Source: a virus (Duplodnaviria > Caudoviricetes). Taken from it: a stretch of 64,000 nucleotides of DNA. Position numbers and translations under genes: made by a program. This document shows, in pieces, positions 46,088 to 54,573 of the stretch; within the stretch, counting starts at the first letter, position 1; each line of letters begins with the position of its first letter. The stretch lies in IMG/VR virus record IMGVR_UViG_3300046167_000724. One strand, 5' to 3'. Below the pieces are notes generated by a model. That model searched no databases. It saw nothing but the letters and a program-made list of their open reading frames with translations, and was not told the DNA's origin.

Positions 46088-46440
46088 TGGAACCAGAATT
46101 TTATACAGACAATTGGGAAGATGATAGTCATATCCCACGAATTGAAATAGAAGATTTTCAAACTATCAAGGATGTTGAATTAGAACTAGTAACTAACCAC
46201 GACGTATTTTATCGCAGAATTATAACATATGTAATTGACGTAATTGAGAATAAATTACCAGCCGACGAACCTCTTGCTATTTTAATAGATGAAAACGGCA
46301 TGGAGTATGATATGGACCTACCAGTTGATGGCTTTATTAAATCACTTACAAAATGCATGGAATATTTTACTACAATAGAAGAATATGAAACATGTACCCT
46401 AATTAAAGACTTAATTAAAATAACCGAACAAGGATTATAA
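46087..46440 (+). CDS. Hypothetical protein with UVR-like C-terminus
   Basis: EEYETCTLIKDLI; lies just before clpP. Confidence 0.6.
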   Translation: MEPEFYTDNWEDDSHIPRIEIEDFQTIKDVELELVTNHDVFYRRIITYVIDVIENKLPADEPLAILIDENGMEYDMDLPVDGFIKSLTKCMEYFTTIEEYETCTLIKDLIKITEQGL

Positions 46441-46441
46441 T

Positions 46442-47107
46442 ATGAACTACGGAAACGAATTTAAAAAATACGCGATGAGTGACTTCAACCTCAGCTCATC
46501 AAACATGGACTACTACCAAAAGCAAATCGAAGGTTCTATGACACCTTACATTCTTGAAGAGCGTGAAATGAGAATGACACAGATGGATATCTTCTCTAGA
46601 TTGATGCGTGATCGCATTCTTTGGGTTGCAGGTCCTGTAAATGATAACATGTCAACTGTTGTACAGGCTCAACTTATGTTCTTAGACAACGCCAGTAAAG
46701 ATGACATTACGATGCACATTGATTCACCGGGTGGTTCTGTTAAATCAGGTCTATCAATGGTTGACGTTATGGAATACATCCCAACAGATATTCGCACGGT
46801 CAACACTGGAATGGCGGCTTCTATGGGCTCTGTGCTTTTAGGTGCGGGTACCAAAGGAAAGCGTGCATCACTAAGACACTCTCGTACTATGTTACACCAA
46901 TCTTCTGGTGGGTTCTCTGGAAACATTCAAGATGCTGAAGTAGATTGGAAAGAATGGCAAAAGATTAACAAAGAATTGTTTATCTTATTAGGTGAGTATT
47001 GTGGTAAGACTGCTGCAAAAGTTGCAAAGGATGCTACTCGTGATTTCTGGTTGACCGCAGATGAAGCGTTGAATTACGGTATTATTGATGAAGTTATTAG
47101 ACGATAA
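46442..47107 (+). CDS. clpP: ATP-dependent Clp protease proteolytic subunit
   Basis: DIFSRLMRDRI, IDSPGGSV, AASMGS (Ser), MLHQ (His), RDFWL. Confidence 0.97.
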   Translation: MNYGNEFKKYAMSDFNLSSSNMDYYQKQIEGSMTPYILEEREMRMTQMDIFSRLMRDRILWVAGPVNDNMSTVVQAQLMFLDNASKDDITMHIDSPGGSVKSGLSMVDVMEYIPTDIRTVNTGMAASMGSVLLGAGTKGKRASLRHSRTMLHQSSGGFSGNIQDAEVDWKEWQKINKELFILLGEYCGKTAAKVAKDATRDFWLTADEALNYGIIDEVIRR

Positions 47108-47127
47108 AATATTAAACTCTAAACATT

Positions 47128-47160
47128 AAAAGACCCGAGGCATTTGTCTTGGGTCTTTTA
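47128..47160 (+). terminator. Intrinsic terminator
   Basis: aaagacccgag-loop-cttgggtctttt. Confidence 0.75.
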
Positions 47161-47163
47161 TAT

Positions 47164-47193
47164 TGAAACAATAACATATTATAAGCGTATAAT
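47164..47193 (+). promoter_or_regulatory. Class-2 promoter candidate
   Basis: TGAAACA-N17-TATAAT. Confidence 0.6.
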
Positions 47194-47209
47194 AATAAAA
47201 TAATAACAC

Positions 47210-47515
47210 ATGAATATATTAGAAGAAGCTAACAAGATTATCAATCAACGTTCTGAAGAGAAAGAACGTATGTATGGACCCTTTGAAGATGGTATGGACC
47301 GTGCAGCTATGATTGCATCAGGAATGACCGGTAAAGATTTTACAGGTGCTGATATGTACGCGGCATTGATTGCTCTCAAGTTTAGCCGTCACTCTTATAA
47401 TTATAAAGAAGATAACCTACTTGACGCCGCAGCTTATATTGGTGGACTTGATAATTACATCAAGAAAAATGGCTATAATGATTACGGTGCTGATAATACA
47501 GCAACTGAAGAATAA
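47210..47515 (+). CDS. DUF6378-like (nucleotide pyrophosphohydrolase-like) protein
   Basis: ILEEA...R...YG...LIALKFSR...DNLLDAAAY. Confidence 0.7.
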   Translation: MNILEEANKIINQRSEEKERMYGPFEDGMDRAAMIASGMTGKDFTGADMYAALIALKFSRHSYNYKEDNLLDAAAYIGGLDNYIKKNGYNDYGADNTATEE

Positions 47516-48405
47516 TGAGTAAGGGTCCGTTTTCATATAGCGGAAATAAAACCAGGATTTACAATGCGTATCTTAAACCTATTATGCGAAAGTACAATAG
47601 GATTCATGAACCCTTTGTAGGTTCTGGTGTTTGTATGTACAATGCTAATAATGGTGGAATGTCAACTGATGTTGACCCCGCCGTTGTTGCAATGCACAAC
47701 GCGCTTTTAGACAGCGAATTACCCAATAGAATGCAAGCCTGTTACAATAAGTTTTTTGCAACAGGTCATACTAAAGAATCGTACAACACCTTGCGAGAAG
47801 CGTTTAATACTGACTGGATGCTTAATGGTATCACACCTAAAAATGTACACCAGCTTTATGTCTTAGCCCAAATCTCTTTCAATTCGCTTATAAGGTTTAG
47901 TAAAAATGGTTTCAATGTACCGTTTGGTGAAAAGCCATTAGATATAGAGCGTATCAAATTGCACGTTACAATATACAAGACTAAAGATATTCAAGTTACA
48001 CTATCAGGATATAATACTATAGACCTTAATAAGGTTGACAAAGATAGAGATATTATTTATCTAGACCCGCCTTATATTGCAAGTAAGTTTCAATATGGTG
48101 GTTGGGGTAAAAAAGATGAAAAGGAACTCTTGGATTTTATAACTAAATTAGACCAGCTTGGTTATAACTTTATTTTATCAAACACGTTTTCACATAAGGG
48201 TGAGATTAACACAGCACTTATAGACTGGGCAAAAGACTACAATGCATACTTGATTGACATGAGCTACAACGCGTGGTCTGCTCGTGTTACTTCTGTAGAG
48301 CGAGAAGACCAAACCGTTGAAGTACTTATTACAAACTTACAAGACGGTTTTAATGATCTTGCAAACGCGAATGCAAATAAATTATCAACAACTGAACTTT
48401 TTTAG
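47515..48405 (+). CDS. Dam-like N6-adenine DNA methyltransferase
   Basis: PFSYSGNK, EPFVGSG, FNVPFG, YLDPPY, EVLITN. Confidence 0.9.
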   Translation: MSKGPFSYSGNKTRIYNAYLKPIMRKYNRIHEPFVGSGVCMYNANNGGMSTDVDPAVVAMHNALLDSELPNRMQACYNKFFATGHTKESYNTLREAFNTDWMLNGITPKNVHQLYVLAQISFNSLIRFSKNGFNVPFGEKPLDIERIKLHVTIYKTKDIQVTLSGYNTIDLNKVDKDRDIIYLDPPYIASKFQYGGWGKKDEKELLDFITKLDQLGYNFILSNTFSHKGEINTALIDWAKDYNAYLIDMSYNAWSARVTSVEREDQTVEVLITNLQDGFNDLANANANKLSTTELF

Positions 48406-48410
48406 TTTTA

Positions 48411-48446
48411 TATTTTTTTATGTCAAATCTTTTTTGTATATTTACA
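48411..48446 (+). promoter_or_regulatory. Class-1 promoter repeat (short variant)
   Basis: ttttttatgtc...tttttgtatatttac. Confidence 0.6.
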
Positions 48447-48448
48447 AC

Positions 48449-48592
48449 ATGTCAGAAGAACTAATGGTAATGCAGGTACAGTACGACGATGCTGTCAATG
48501 CTGGAAATACTAAAGAAGCTAAAGAGCTTCTTAAAATTATTAATGGTATGCAACACACACATACTAAAGGTAAATATAAATACAATGATTAA
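48449..48592 (+). CDS. 47-aa hypothetical protein
   Basis: Start moved to MSEELMV after the repeat. Confidence 0.55.
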   Translation: MSEELMVMQVQYDDAVNAGNTKEAKELLKIINGMQHTHTKGKYKYND

Positions 48593-48995
48593 AATAACGG
48601 GTAAACGTACACATAAAACTGCTATTAACAAAAAGGTTAAAGCGATTGCAGATGCACTTGGTATTACATGTGATGTTAACGTTTATTTTATGGACCATAC
48701 GTCACCTGATAAGTATGGGTTTGCCGCTGAAATAATGGGTAGTCAATACGTTTGTATTTTTAAAGACTGTCCAGAAGATAAACTCGGTGACGTTATTTCA
48801 CATGAAATGGTACATATATTACAAACTTTAAGAGGTGATCTTAAACATGATTATATGAATCGTACTTTTTATTGGAAGGGTGAAAAATGGGACAATGAAA
48901 GATGTGAGTCTGTTAACTATTATGATAGACCTTGGGAAGCTGAAGCAAAAAAACTTGAAAAAAAGTTAGCCGAAAACTTTTTTATGTCAAATTAA
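48585..48995 (+). CDS. Zinc metallopeptidase-like protein
   Basis: Start moved to MIKITG; HEMVH; YYDRPWEAEA. Confidence 0.7.
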   Translation: MIKITGKRTHKTAINKKVKAIADALGITCDVNVYFMDHTSPDKYGFAAEIMGSQYVCIFKDCPEDKLGDVISHEMVHILQTLRGDLKHDYMNRTFYWKGEKWDNERCESVNYYDRPWEAEAKKLEKKLAENFFMSN

Positions 48996-49020
48996 TTGCC
49001 TATATTTACATAGTAATCAG
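48965..49020 (+). promoter_or_regulatory. Class-1 promoter repeat
   Basis: Full copy overlapping the end of the upstream ORF. Confidence 0.75.
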
Positions 49021-49054
49021 TTGAGAATATATAATTAAAATAAATCAAAAGACA

Positions 49055-49294
49055 ATGGCAAAGAAAAAGATTTCAGACGCAGACTTAATCGACGCACTAG
49101 AAGGACTAGATACGACGTATGACCGTCTAAGTACAGATGGTCAAAAGACAATGGATGCATTTTTTACAAAAGCAGAAAAGTCAATTAATCAAAGAGACTT
49201 AGATAAGTTTATTAAAGACTTAGAGTATGATGTACAACGCATGAATTCAGACGGTGTATATTACTATGAAATTCTTAAAAACGCAAAGTTATAA
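49055..49294 (+). CDS. Hypothetical early protein
   Basis: ORF after repeat. Confidence 0.65.
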   Translation: MAKKKISDADLIDALEGLDTTYDRLSTDGQKTMDAFFTKAEKSINQRDLDKFIKDLEYDVQRMNSDGVYYYEILKNAKL

Positions 49295-49298
49295 TATT

Positions 49299-49318
49299 AG
49301 GACCTTAGGGTCCTTTTA
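49299..49318 (+). terminator. Intrinsic terminator
   Basis: aggacc-ttag-ggtcct-ttt. Confidence 0.6.
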
Positions 49319-49326
49319 TTATTTTG

Positions 49327-49396
49327 AAAATAATTTGAAAATAATTGGCTAAAAGTTTTTTTATGTCGTAAACTTTGCCTATATTTATAGTATAAC
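49327..49396 (+). promoter_or_regulatory. Class-1 promoter repeat, long form
   Basis: Full copy. Confidence 0.75.
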
Positions 49397-49435
49397 AATG
49401 AGACAATGCTGTCTCTCTTAATTTAATTAACAAAC

Positions 49436-50569
49436 ATGGTAACATTATCAGACAACGCAATCCAATCGCGCAAGTTGGAAACATTAAACGCACAAGCACT
49501 ACGCAGAACAGTAGCAGCTCGTGAAATTGAAGTTATTGACGAGAAGACAATCTTCTACAATGGCTCTCAAATCAGAATTACTAGTGAGGCTTTTAAATCA
49601 CTAATGAAAATGACGGGAATGAGTCAAACATTCATTAAGAAGTTTGAACAACTCTTCAACCCTAAAGCTAAGGCGCAATTCATTAATACAATGAAAAACG
49701 CAATGGCTTCTAACGCAGGTAGTATGCCAAACATTACAATGGTACTTAATCCTGTTAACAAAGTAATTGTTGCATTCACAAAAGATGCTTCAGAACTTAT
49801 TTCTAACTCAAACTTTGTTGAGAATGCAGAACGTATTCTTAATGGTGGTAACTTTGGTGTTACAAACTGGACGACAGACCCAACTACGGGTATTGTAACT
49901 CTTAACGCCATTAAAGAAGGTGCAACATTCTCAGTTGCAGGTGATGAGAAAGATGTATTTACTGCGGGTATTACAATGAAGAACTCACCTATTACTGGAT
50001 TTCAAGTTTCACCTTACGTAAATCGTCTTTGGTGTACTAATGGTCTTACTACCGCACTCGCACAAGACAAGTACAATATGACAAACCTAAGTGAAAAATC
50101 GCTTACTCAATTCAACGAGTACATTCAAGGACTCACACGTCGCAACTTTGTGCCTGCTGAATTTAATGAATTAGTAAACAAAGCACGTAAAACACCGGCT
50201 TCTTTAAATGAGCTTAATCGTGCAACTAACGCAATTAAAAGTGCAGGTGCTGGTGATAGATCTGGACAGTGGATACCTCTTCACGAAAACCTACTTGAAT
50301 ACTCACGTGCAGGTATTGATACTAAAGATTTCAATAATGCAGAACTTAAGAATGCAGAATCTGACCAATCGGTTTGGAGTGTTGTAAATTCAATGACTCA
50401 CTTTGCGTCACATGGTGAAGACTTAGTTGATGGCTTTGAAAGTCACAAAGGTACTGACCTTATGGTTAGAGCTGGAAACTTATTAGGTCGTGCATGGGAC
50501 TTAGGTAATCGTGTTGCGTCACCTTTCAAAGGTTTGAATTCATACCAACATGGTGAAGTACTTAATTAA
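49436..50569 (+). CDS. DUF932-like early protein
   Basis: RLWCTNG motif; SVWSVVNSMTHFASH C-terminal helix. Confidence 0.55.
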   Translation: MVTLSDNAIQSRKLETLNAQALRRTVAAREIEVIDEKTIFYNGSQIRITSEAFKSLMKMTGMSQTFIKKFEQLFNPKAKAQFINTMKNAMASNAGSMPNITMVLNPVNKVIVAFTKDASELISNSNFVENAERILNGGNFGVTNWTTDPTTGIVTLNAIKEGATFSVAGDEKDVFTAGITMKNSPITGFQVSPYVNRLWCTNGLTTALAQDKYNMTNLSEKSLTQFNEYIQGLTRRNFVPAEFNELVNKARKTPASLNELNRATNAIKSAGAGDRSGQWIPLHENLLEYSRAGIDTKDFNNAELKNAESDQSVWSVVNSMTHFASHGEDLVDGFESHKGTDLMVRAGNLLGRAWDLGNRVASPFKGLNSYQHGEVLN

Positions 50570-50593
50570 TATAGTGCTATCATAATATAATAT

Positions 50594-50622
50594 AAGGGGT
50601 GTGCGGAAGTATACCCCTTTTT
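50594..50622 (+). terminator. Intrinsic terminator
   Basis: aaggggtgt-loop-atacccctttt. Confidence 0.7.
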
Positions 50623-50625
50623 ATT

Positions 50626-50690
50626 TTAAAATAATTGGCTAAAAGTTTTTTTATGTCGTTTATTTTGCCTATATTTACATAGTAATCAAA
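50626..50690 (+). promoter_or_regulatory. Class-1 promoter repeat
   Basis: Full copy. Confidence 0.75.
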
Positions 50691-50718
50691 TGGAAGTATT
50701 AACCTTAAATTTTATATT

Positions 50719-50952
50719 ATGCCTATTACTTATTTAGACCGTAAACCCTTTTTCAACGGAATGCAAATCGACGACATCGAAATCGATGGAGTAGACACTC
50801 GTGACTATCCTGATTTTTGCGATGCTTACATTAACAACTTTTGGCTTGTTGATGGCGATGAGGTTCGTGAAGCTACTGAGGCTGAACTCGATGATATTAA
50901 TGATAACGAACAAGACTTCGTTTACGAACAAGTCTGGGACTCTTTATTCTAA
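50719..50952 (+). CDS. Conserved acidic hypothetical phage protein
   Basis: IEIDGVDTRDYPDFCDAYI...EAELD. Confidence 0.75.
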   Translation: MPITYLDRKPFFNGMQIDDIEIDGVDTRDYPDFCDAYINNFWLVDGDEVREATEAELDDINDNEQDFVYEQVWDSLF

Positions 50953-51104
50953 TGGCTAAAAAGAAACCAAATAAAGTTGACGGTTATAGTGAACGTCATT
51001 TAAGTCAACTTATTCGTCGGCGCATGATTCAAAAAGATCATGGAGATGACAATAAGTATTCGCGTAAAGATAAACATAAAAAAGATTATGGCAAAGAAGA
51101 GTAA
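50952..51104 (+). CDS. 50-aa basic protein (not in ORF track)
   Basis: MAKKKPNKVDG...YSRKDKHKKDY; TAATG coupling. Confidence 0.6.
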   Translation: MAKKKPNKVDGYSERHLSQLIRRRMIQKDHGDDNKYSRKDKHKKDYGKEE

Positions 51105-51282
51105 AAGTGTAAAGGATGCTGTTTGTGCACGTTGTATAGGTAGCTTCAAGTTTAAAGAGCTTAATCGCGTTTATATACAAATGCATAGGCATGACCCTAA
51201 TAGTGGTTATTATGGTGTTTATGTGTGTGATAAATGTGAACCTAAGTTTGAATTAGATAGACGCGAACCAACACAGGAATAA
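51088..51282 (+). CDS. Small CxxC...CxxC zinc-ribbon protein
   Basis: CARC...CDKC; start moved to MAKKSKS. Confidence 0.6.
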   Translation: MAKKSKSVKDAVCARCIGSFKFKELNRVYIQMHRHDPNSGYYGVYVCDKCEPKFELDRREPTQE

Positions 51283-51283
51283 T

Positions 51284-51487
51284 ATGCCACATAAGAAAAA
51301 GCGTACAACCAGTGTTGAAGTATTTATACACGAGGGTCAATCTTATACAACAATACACAAAGACGATAATTCAGCTTGGATTATAGAATACGATATTAAA
51401 AAAAGATTTGCAAGTGGTGGCGTAAAAAAAGTAGACAAAAGTTTTTTATTGTCAAAAAAAATCACTATATTAGCTAGTAATACTTAA
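51284..51487 (+). CDS. Hypothetical protein
   Basis: 67-aa ORF. Confidence 0.5.
   Translation: MPHKKKRTTSVEVFIHEGQSYTTIHKDDNSAWIIEYDIKKRFASGGVKKVDKSFLLSKKITILASNT
51437..51481 (+). promoter_or_regulatory. Degenerate class-1 promoter repeat
   Basis: aaaagttttttattgtc...ctatattagctagtaat. Confidence 0.45.
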
Positions 51488-51495
51488 TAACAGAT

Positions 51496-51957
51496 ATGAA
51501 ACAAACTATTTATATTGACCTTGACGGGGTCGTTGTTGATATTGAAAGATATATCAATGAAACATTTAGCCCAGATTATATTAAAAAATATGGCATTGGT
51601 ACTATAATCGATATGCATCCTCAAATATTCTATGATGCAAAACCTATGCCAGGTGCAATCGCTGCATTTCGTGAACTTGCTGACAAGCATGATGTTTATA
51701 TTCTATCAACTGCACCTTGGGATAATCCAGAATCTTGGAAAGCAAAGCGTATTTGGGTTGAAAAGCATTTGGGCGATTCAGCATACAAAAGATTAATACT
51801 ATCACATAATAAAGGTTTACTTAGAGGTGACTTCTTAGTTGATGACCGTATTAAAAATGGTGTCGCAGAATTTGAAGGAACTCATATTCACTTTGGTACA
51901 CATGACATTCCAAACTGGGATAGCGTTTTAGAACTATTTAAAATGATTCAAGAGTAA
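51496..51957 (+). CDS. 5'(3')-deoxyribonucleotidase (NT5C-like HAD)
   Basis: YIDLDGVVVD, ILSTAPW, KGLLRGDFLVDD. Confidence 0.9.
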   Translation: MKQTIYIDLDGVVVDIERYINETFSPDYIKKYGIGTIIDMHPQIFYDAKPMPGAIAAFRELADKHDVYILSTAPWDNPESWKAKRIWVEKHLGDSAYKRLILSHNKGLLRGDFLVDDRIKNGVAEFEGTHIHFGTHDIPNWDSVLELFKMIQE

Positions 51958-52181
51958 TGACAATTGTAGTATTCAGAAAAACCAAAAGATCCCAACCTCA
52001 AATGGCAGTGTTTACCAAAAGTAGCATTACCGTTGATGTTGTATTAGATAGTGCTAAACGTAAACCACCAATTCCACATAGATGGATTATTGAAGACGTA
52101 GGTGTAGGTGGTGAAGGTTTAATAGGGTATTACAAAAAAAAGTACAAAAATATTAAAGTTTTTATTGATAAAACTTTTTAA
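51957..52181 (+). CDS. Hypothetical protein
   Basis: TAATG coupling. Confidence 0.6.
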   Translation: MTIVVFRKTKRSQPQMAVFTKSSITVDVVLDSAKRKPPIPHRWIIEDVGVGGEGLIGYYKKKYKNIKVFIDKTF

Positions 52182-52215
52182 TGTCAATTATTTTGCCTAT
52201 ATTAGTATAGTAATT
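52165..52215 (+). promoter_or_regulatory. Class-1 promoter repeat
   Basis: aaaactttttaatgtcaattattttgcctatattagtatagtaat. Confidence 0.65.
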
Positions 52216-52227
52216 AAAAACAAGCAC

Positions 52228-52410
52228 ATGAAAAAGAAACTTAAATCAAAACTATTAACTTATTTGTTTACCGACTGGGTTGCAACTGAGTCAGATGTTG
52301 AAACTCTTAATATGACAAAACAAATGATTGAAAATCGTAAAAACCAAGTGATTGGTTATGTACCAACAATCGGCTTCAAAACAAACAACTCAACCCTTAA
52401 CATAAAATAA
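52228..52410 (+). CDS. Hypothetical protein
   Basis: Start moved to MKKKLKS. Confidence 0.6.
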   Translation: MKKKLKSKLLTYLFTDWVATESDVETLNMTKQMIENRKNQVIGYVPTIGFKTNNSTLNIK

Positions 52411-52411
52411 A

Positions 52412-52849
52412 ATGACAAATTTAAAATTTAACGCAAGCGAAGTAACTTGTAACGGTAATATTGGCGGTAGTGCTTTGATTCTTAATGATGATAATAAAGC
52501 TAAAATTAAAGCATTTATGATGACTCATTTTATGATGACTGACCGTCGAATTATTTTACAAGAAATGCAAGACTCAGGTATGCTTGAAGATAGCTGGATA
52601 GTTGGTTCACGTGTTAATAGTATTGATTCGATATATTGTCGTTTTACTAGTGGTCTTTTATCATACGCTCTTAAAAAGTTTGGTGTAAATGGCGGAACAT
52701 ATAAAGCTCAACGTGAGCTTTCTGAAATGTGGATAAACTCTCAAATTAAAATGATGAGTGCTAAAGATATCATTATTGTATTAGAAAAAGCATTGGCTGA
52801 TTGTGCACGCGCTGATTACTATTACACTTATGAAAAAGATTGGGTATAA
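52412..52849 (+). CDS. Hypothetical protein
   Basis: 145-aa ORF. Confidence 0.7.
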   Translation: MTNLKFNASEVTCNGNIGGSALILNDDNKAKIKAFMMTHFMMTDRRIILQEMQDSGMLEDSWIVGSRVNSIDSIYCRFTSGLLSYALKKFGVNGGTYKAQRELSEMWINSQIKMMSAKDIIIVLEKALADCARADYYYTYEKDWV

Positions 52850-53076
52850 TGCAACTCGATAGACATCGACTTGAAAGATTACAGGACGAACGGCATTGTG
52901 TAGATATTGACACGTCTGATGTTTACTTTATTGTAGACTTACAAATTGTCAATGAAGAGATTTGGGTAGTAACTAATACTAGGGTATTTAAAGACACTCA
53001 AATACTTACACTACAAGAAGCATCGGATGCCGAACGTGAATTTATACGAATGCGAAAAGAAAATAACATTGGATAA
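52840..53076 (+). CDS. Hypothetical protein
   Basis: 78-aa ORF. Confidence 0.55.
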   Translation: MGIMQLDRHRLERLQDERHCVDIDTSDVYFIVDLQIVNEEIWVVTNTRVFKDTQILTLQEASDAEREFIRMRKENNIG

Positions 53077-53077
53077 T

Positions 53078-53992
53078 ATGCAAACAAATTACGGATACTG
53101 CTGTATCAACATGACACTTAAAGAAGAGAGCAATACTTATATAGGTCGCTCTATGATTAAACGTACATTTACCGAAAAGGGTATTAAATATGCTAGTGAA
53201 CTTGCACTTGCTAATGTACGTGACCTTGTTGAAATTATTAAGTGGAATGAAAAGAAAGGTATTAAACTGTACCGTATGTCTAGTGATATGTTTCCTTGGA
53301 TGTCTGAATACGAACTCAAAGACTTACCTGACTATAAAAAGATTTCAACTATACTTAAGGGTGTTGGTAATCTAGCTAAAAAGTATGGTCAACGTCTTAC
53401 ATTTCACCCTGGTCCATTTGACGTGTTAGCTTCTATAAATCCAAATGTAGTTACAAAAACAATACGAGACCTTAATCAACATGGTGAAATCATGGACCTT
53501 ATTGGTATACCTCGTACACCATATGCCGCGATTAATATTCACGTCAACACAACACAAGGCGGTAAAGAAGAAGCTTGTAAGCGATTCTGTACTAACTTTG
53601 AATTACTAGATGATTCTGTTAAGACCCGTCTTGTTGTTGAAAATGATGATAAAGAAAAGCAATACGCGGTAGAAGACTTGTATGAAGAAATTCATATGGC
53701 TATTGGTATTCCAATTACATTTGACTACCACCACCATTGGTGTCACCCTGGTATCCTAACACAAAAAGAAGCACTACGTCTTGCAGCTTCTACTTGGGGC
53801 AATACTAAACAACTTGTACACTTCTCATCTTGTAAAACAATACACGAAGATGCTACACAAACAAACAAGCGTGCCCATGCAGATTACATTTATGATTTTA
53901 TTGAAACACATGGTCTTTCACTTGATGTTGAAATTGAAGCTAAAGCTAAAGAGTTAGCAGTACAGAAATATATGAAAGAATTCTTAAGTTAA
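53078..53992 (+). CDS. uvsE: UV-damage endonuclease
   Basis: GYCCIN, LYRMSS, RLTFHPG, LVVENDD, FDYHHH, HAD, EIEAKAKE; start moved to MQTNYG. Confidence 0.93.
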   Translation: MQTNYGYCCINMTLKEESNTYIGRSMIKRTFTEKGIKYASELALANVRDLVEIIKWNEKKGIKLYRMSSDMFPWMSEYELKDLPDYKKISTILKGVGNLAKKYGQRLTFHPGPFDVLASINPNVVTKTIRDLNQHGEIMDLIGIPRTPYAAINIHVNTTQGGKEEACKRFCTNFELLDDSVKTRLVVENDDKEKQYAVEDLYEEIHMAIGIPITFDYHHHWCHPGILTQKEALRLAASTWGNTKQLVHFSSCKTIHEDATQTNKRAHADYIYDFIETHGLSLDVEIEAKAKELAVQKYMKEFLS

Positions 53993-54002
53993 TATATATT
54001 AT

Positions 54003-54182
54003 ATGAAAAATAACAATACAGGTACTAAACAATTGAAGTGTATGAACTCACACGTTGAATCTAGTAAATGGTGGAAATATGCACCTATAGGCGGGTGTGA
54101 TGAAATTGTACAAGTTGATATAAAAACTGAAAAAGTTTTATGTTGGAGATGTACATTACGTTCAACTAGTGGTGTAAAATAA
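54003..54182 (+). CDS. 59-aa Cys-containing protein (not in ORF track)
   Basis: C...C...CWRC; followed by a terminator. Confidence 0.6.
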   Translation: MKNNNTGTKQLKCMNSHVESSKWWKYAPIGGCDEIVQVDIKTEKVLCWRCTLRSTSGVK

Positions 54183-54183
54183 T

Positions 54184-54205
54184 AAGAGGCTTCGGCCTCT
54201 TTTTT
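54184..54205 (+). terminator. Intrinsic terminator
   Basis: aagaggc-ttcg-gcctcttttt. Confidence 0.85.
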
Positions 54206-54221
54206 ATTGAATATATAACTA

Positions 54222-54572
54222 ATGAAACACGTCAAAGCCTTTGAATCATTTATTTCTGTAAATGAAAAGTACATTATGTCCGACTTGGAAAATGAGTTAG
54301 GTATCGTACTAGACCTATGGGATAATGGTGACCACTTAGAATTAGGTAAAATTGAAGTTCCTAAAAGGTTAAGGGGTTCTGGTGTAGGGACTGAAGCGAT
54401 GGAACGTATTATTGCGTTTGCAGACAAAGAGGGTAAAGACATTAGACTCACACCATCAAAAGATTTTGGTGCATCTTCTGTAGCTAGACTTGAAAAGTTC
54501 TATAAGGGTTTTGACTTTGTTAAGAATAAAGATTTAAAGTATAAGGACACTATGGTCCGCTATGCTAAATAA
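54222..54572 (+). CDS. GNAT acetyltransferase with CTS-like tag
   Basis: IEVPKRLRGSGVGT acetyl-CoA motif, LEKFYKGFDF; begins MKHVKAFESFISVNE. Confidence 0.8.
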   Translation: MKHVKAFESFISVNEKYIMSDLENELGIVLDLWDNGDHLELGKIEVPKRLRGSGVGTEAMERIIAFADKEGKDIRLTPSKDFGASSVARLEKFYKGFDFVKNKDLKYKDTMVRYAK

Positions 54573-54573
54573 C

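Noticed and set aside
50952-51104. Suspected frameshift in the small basic gene
   Set aside because: On recount the ATG and TAA are in frame (153 nt); the gene is intact
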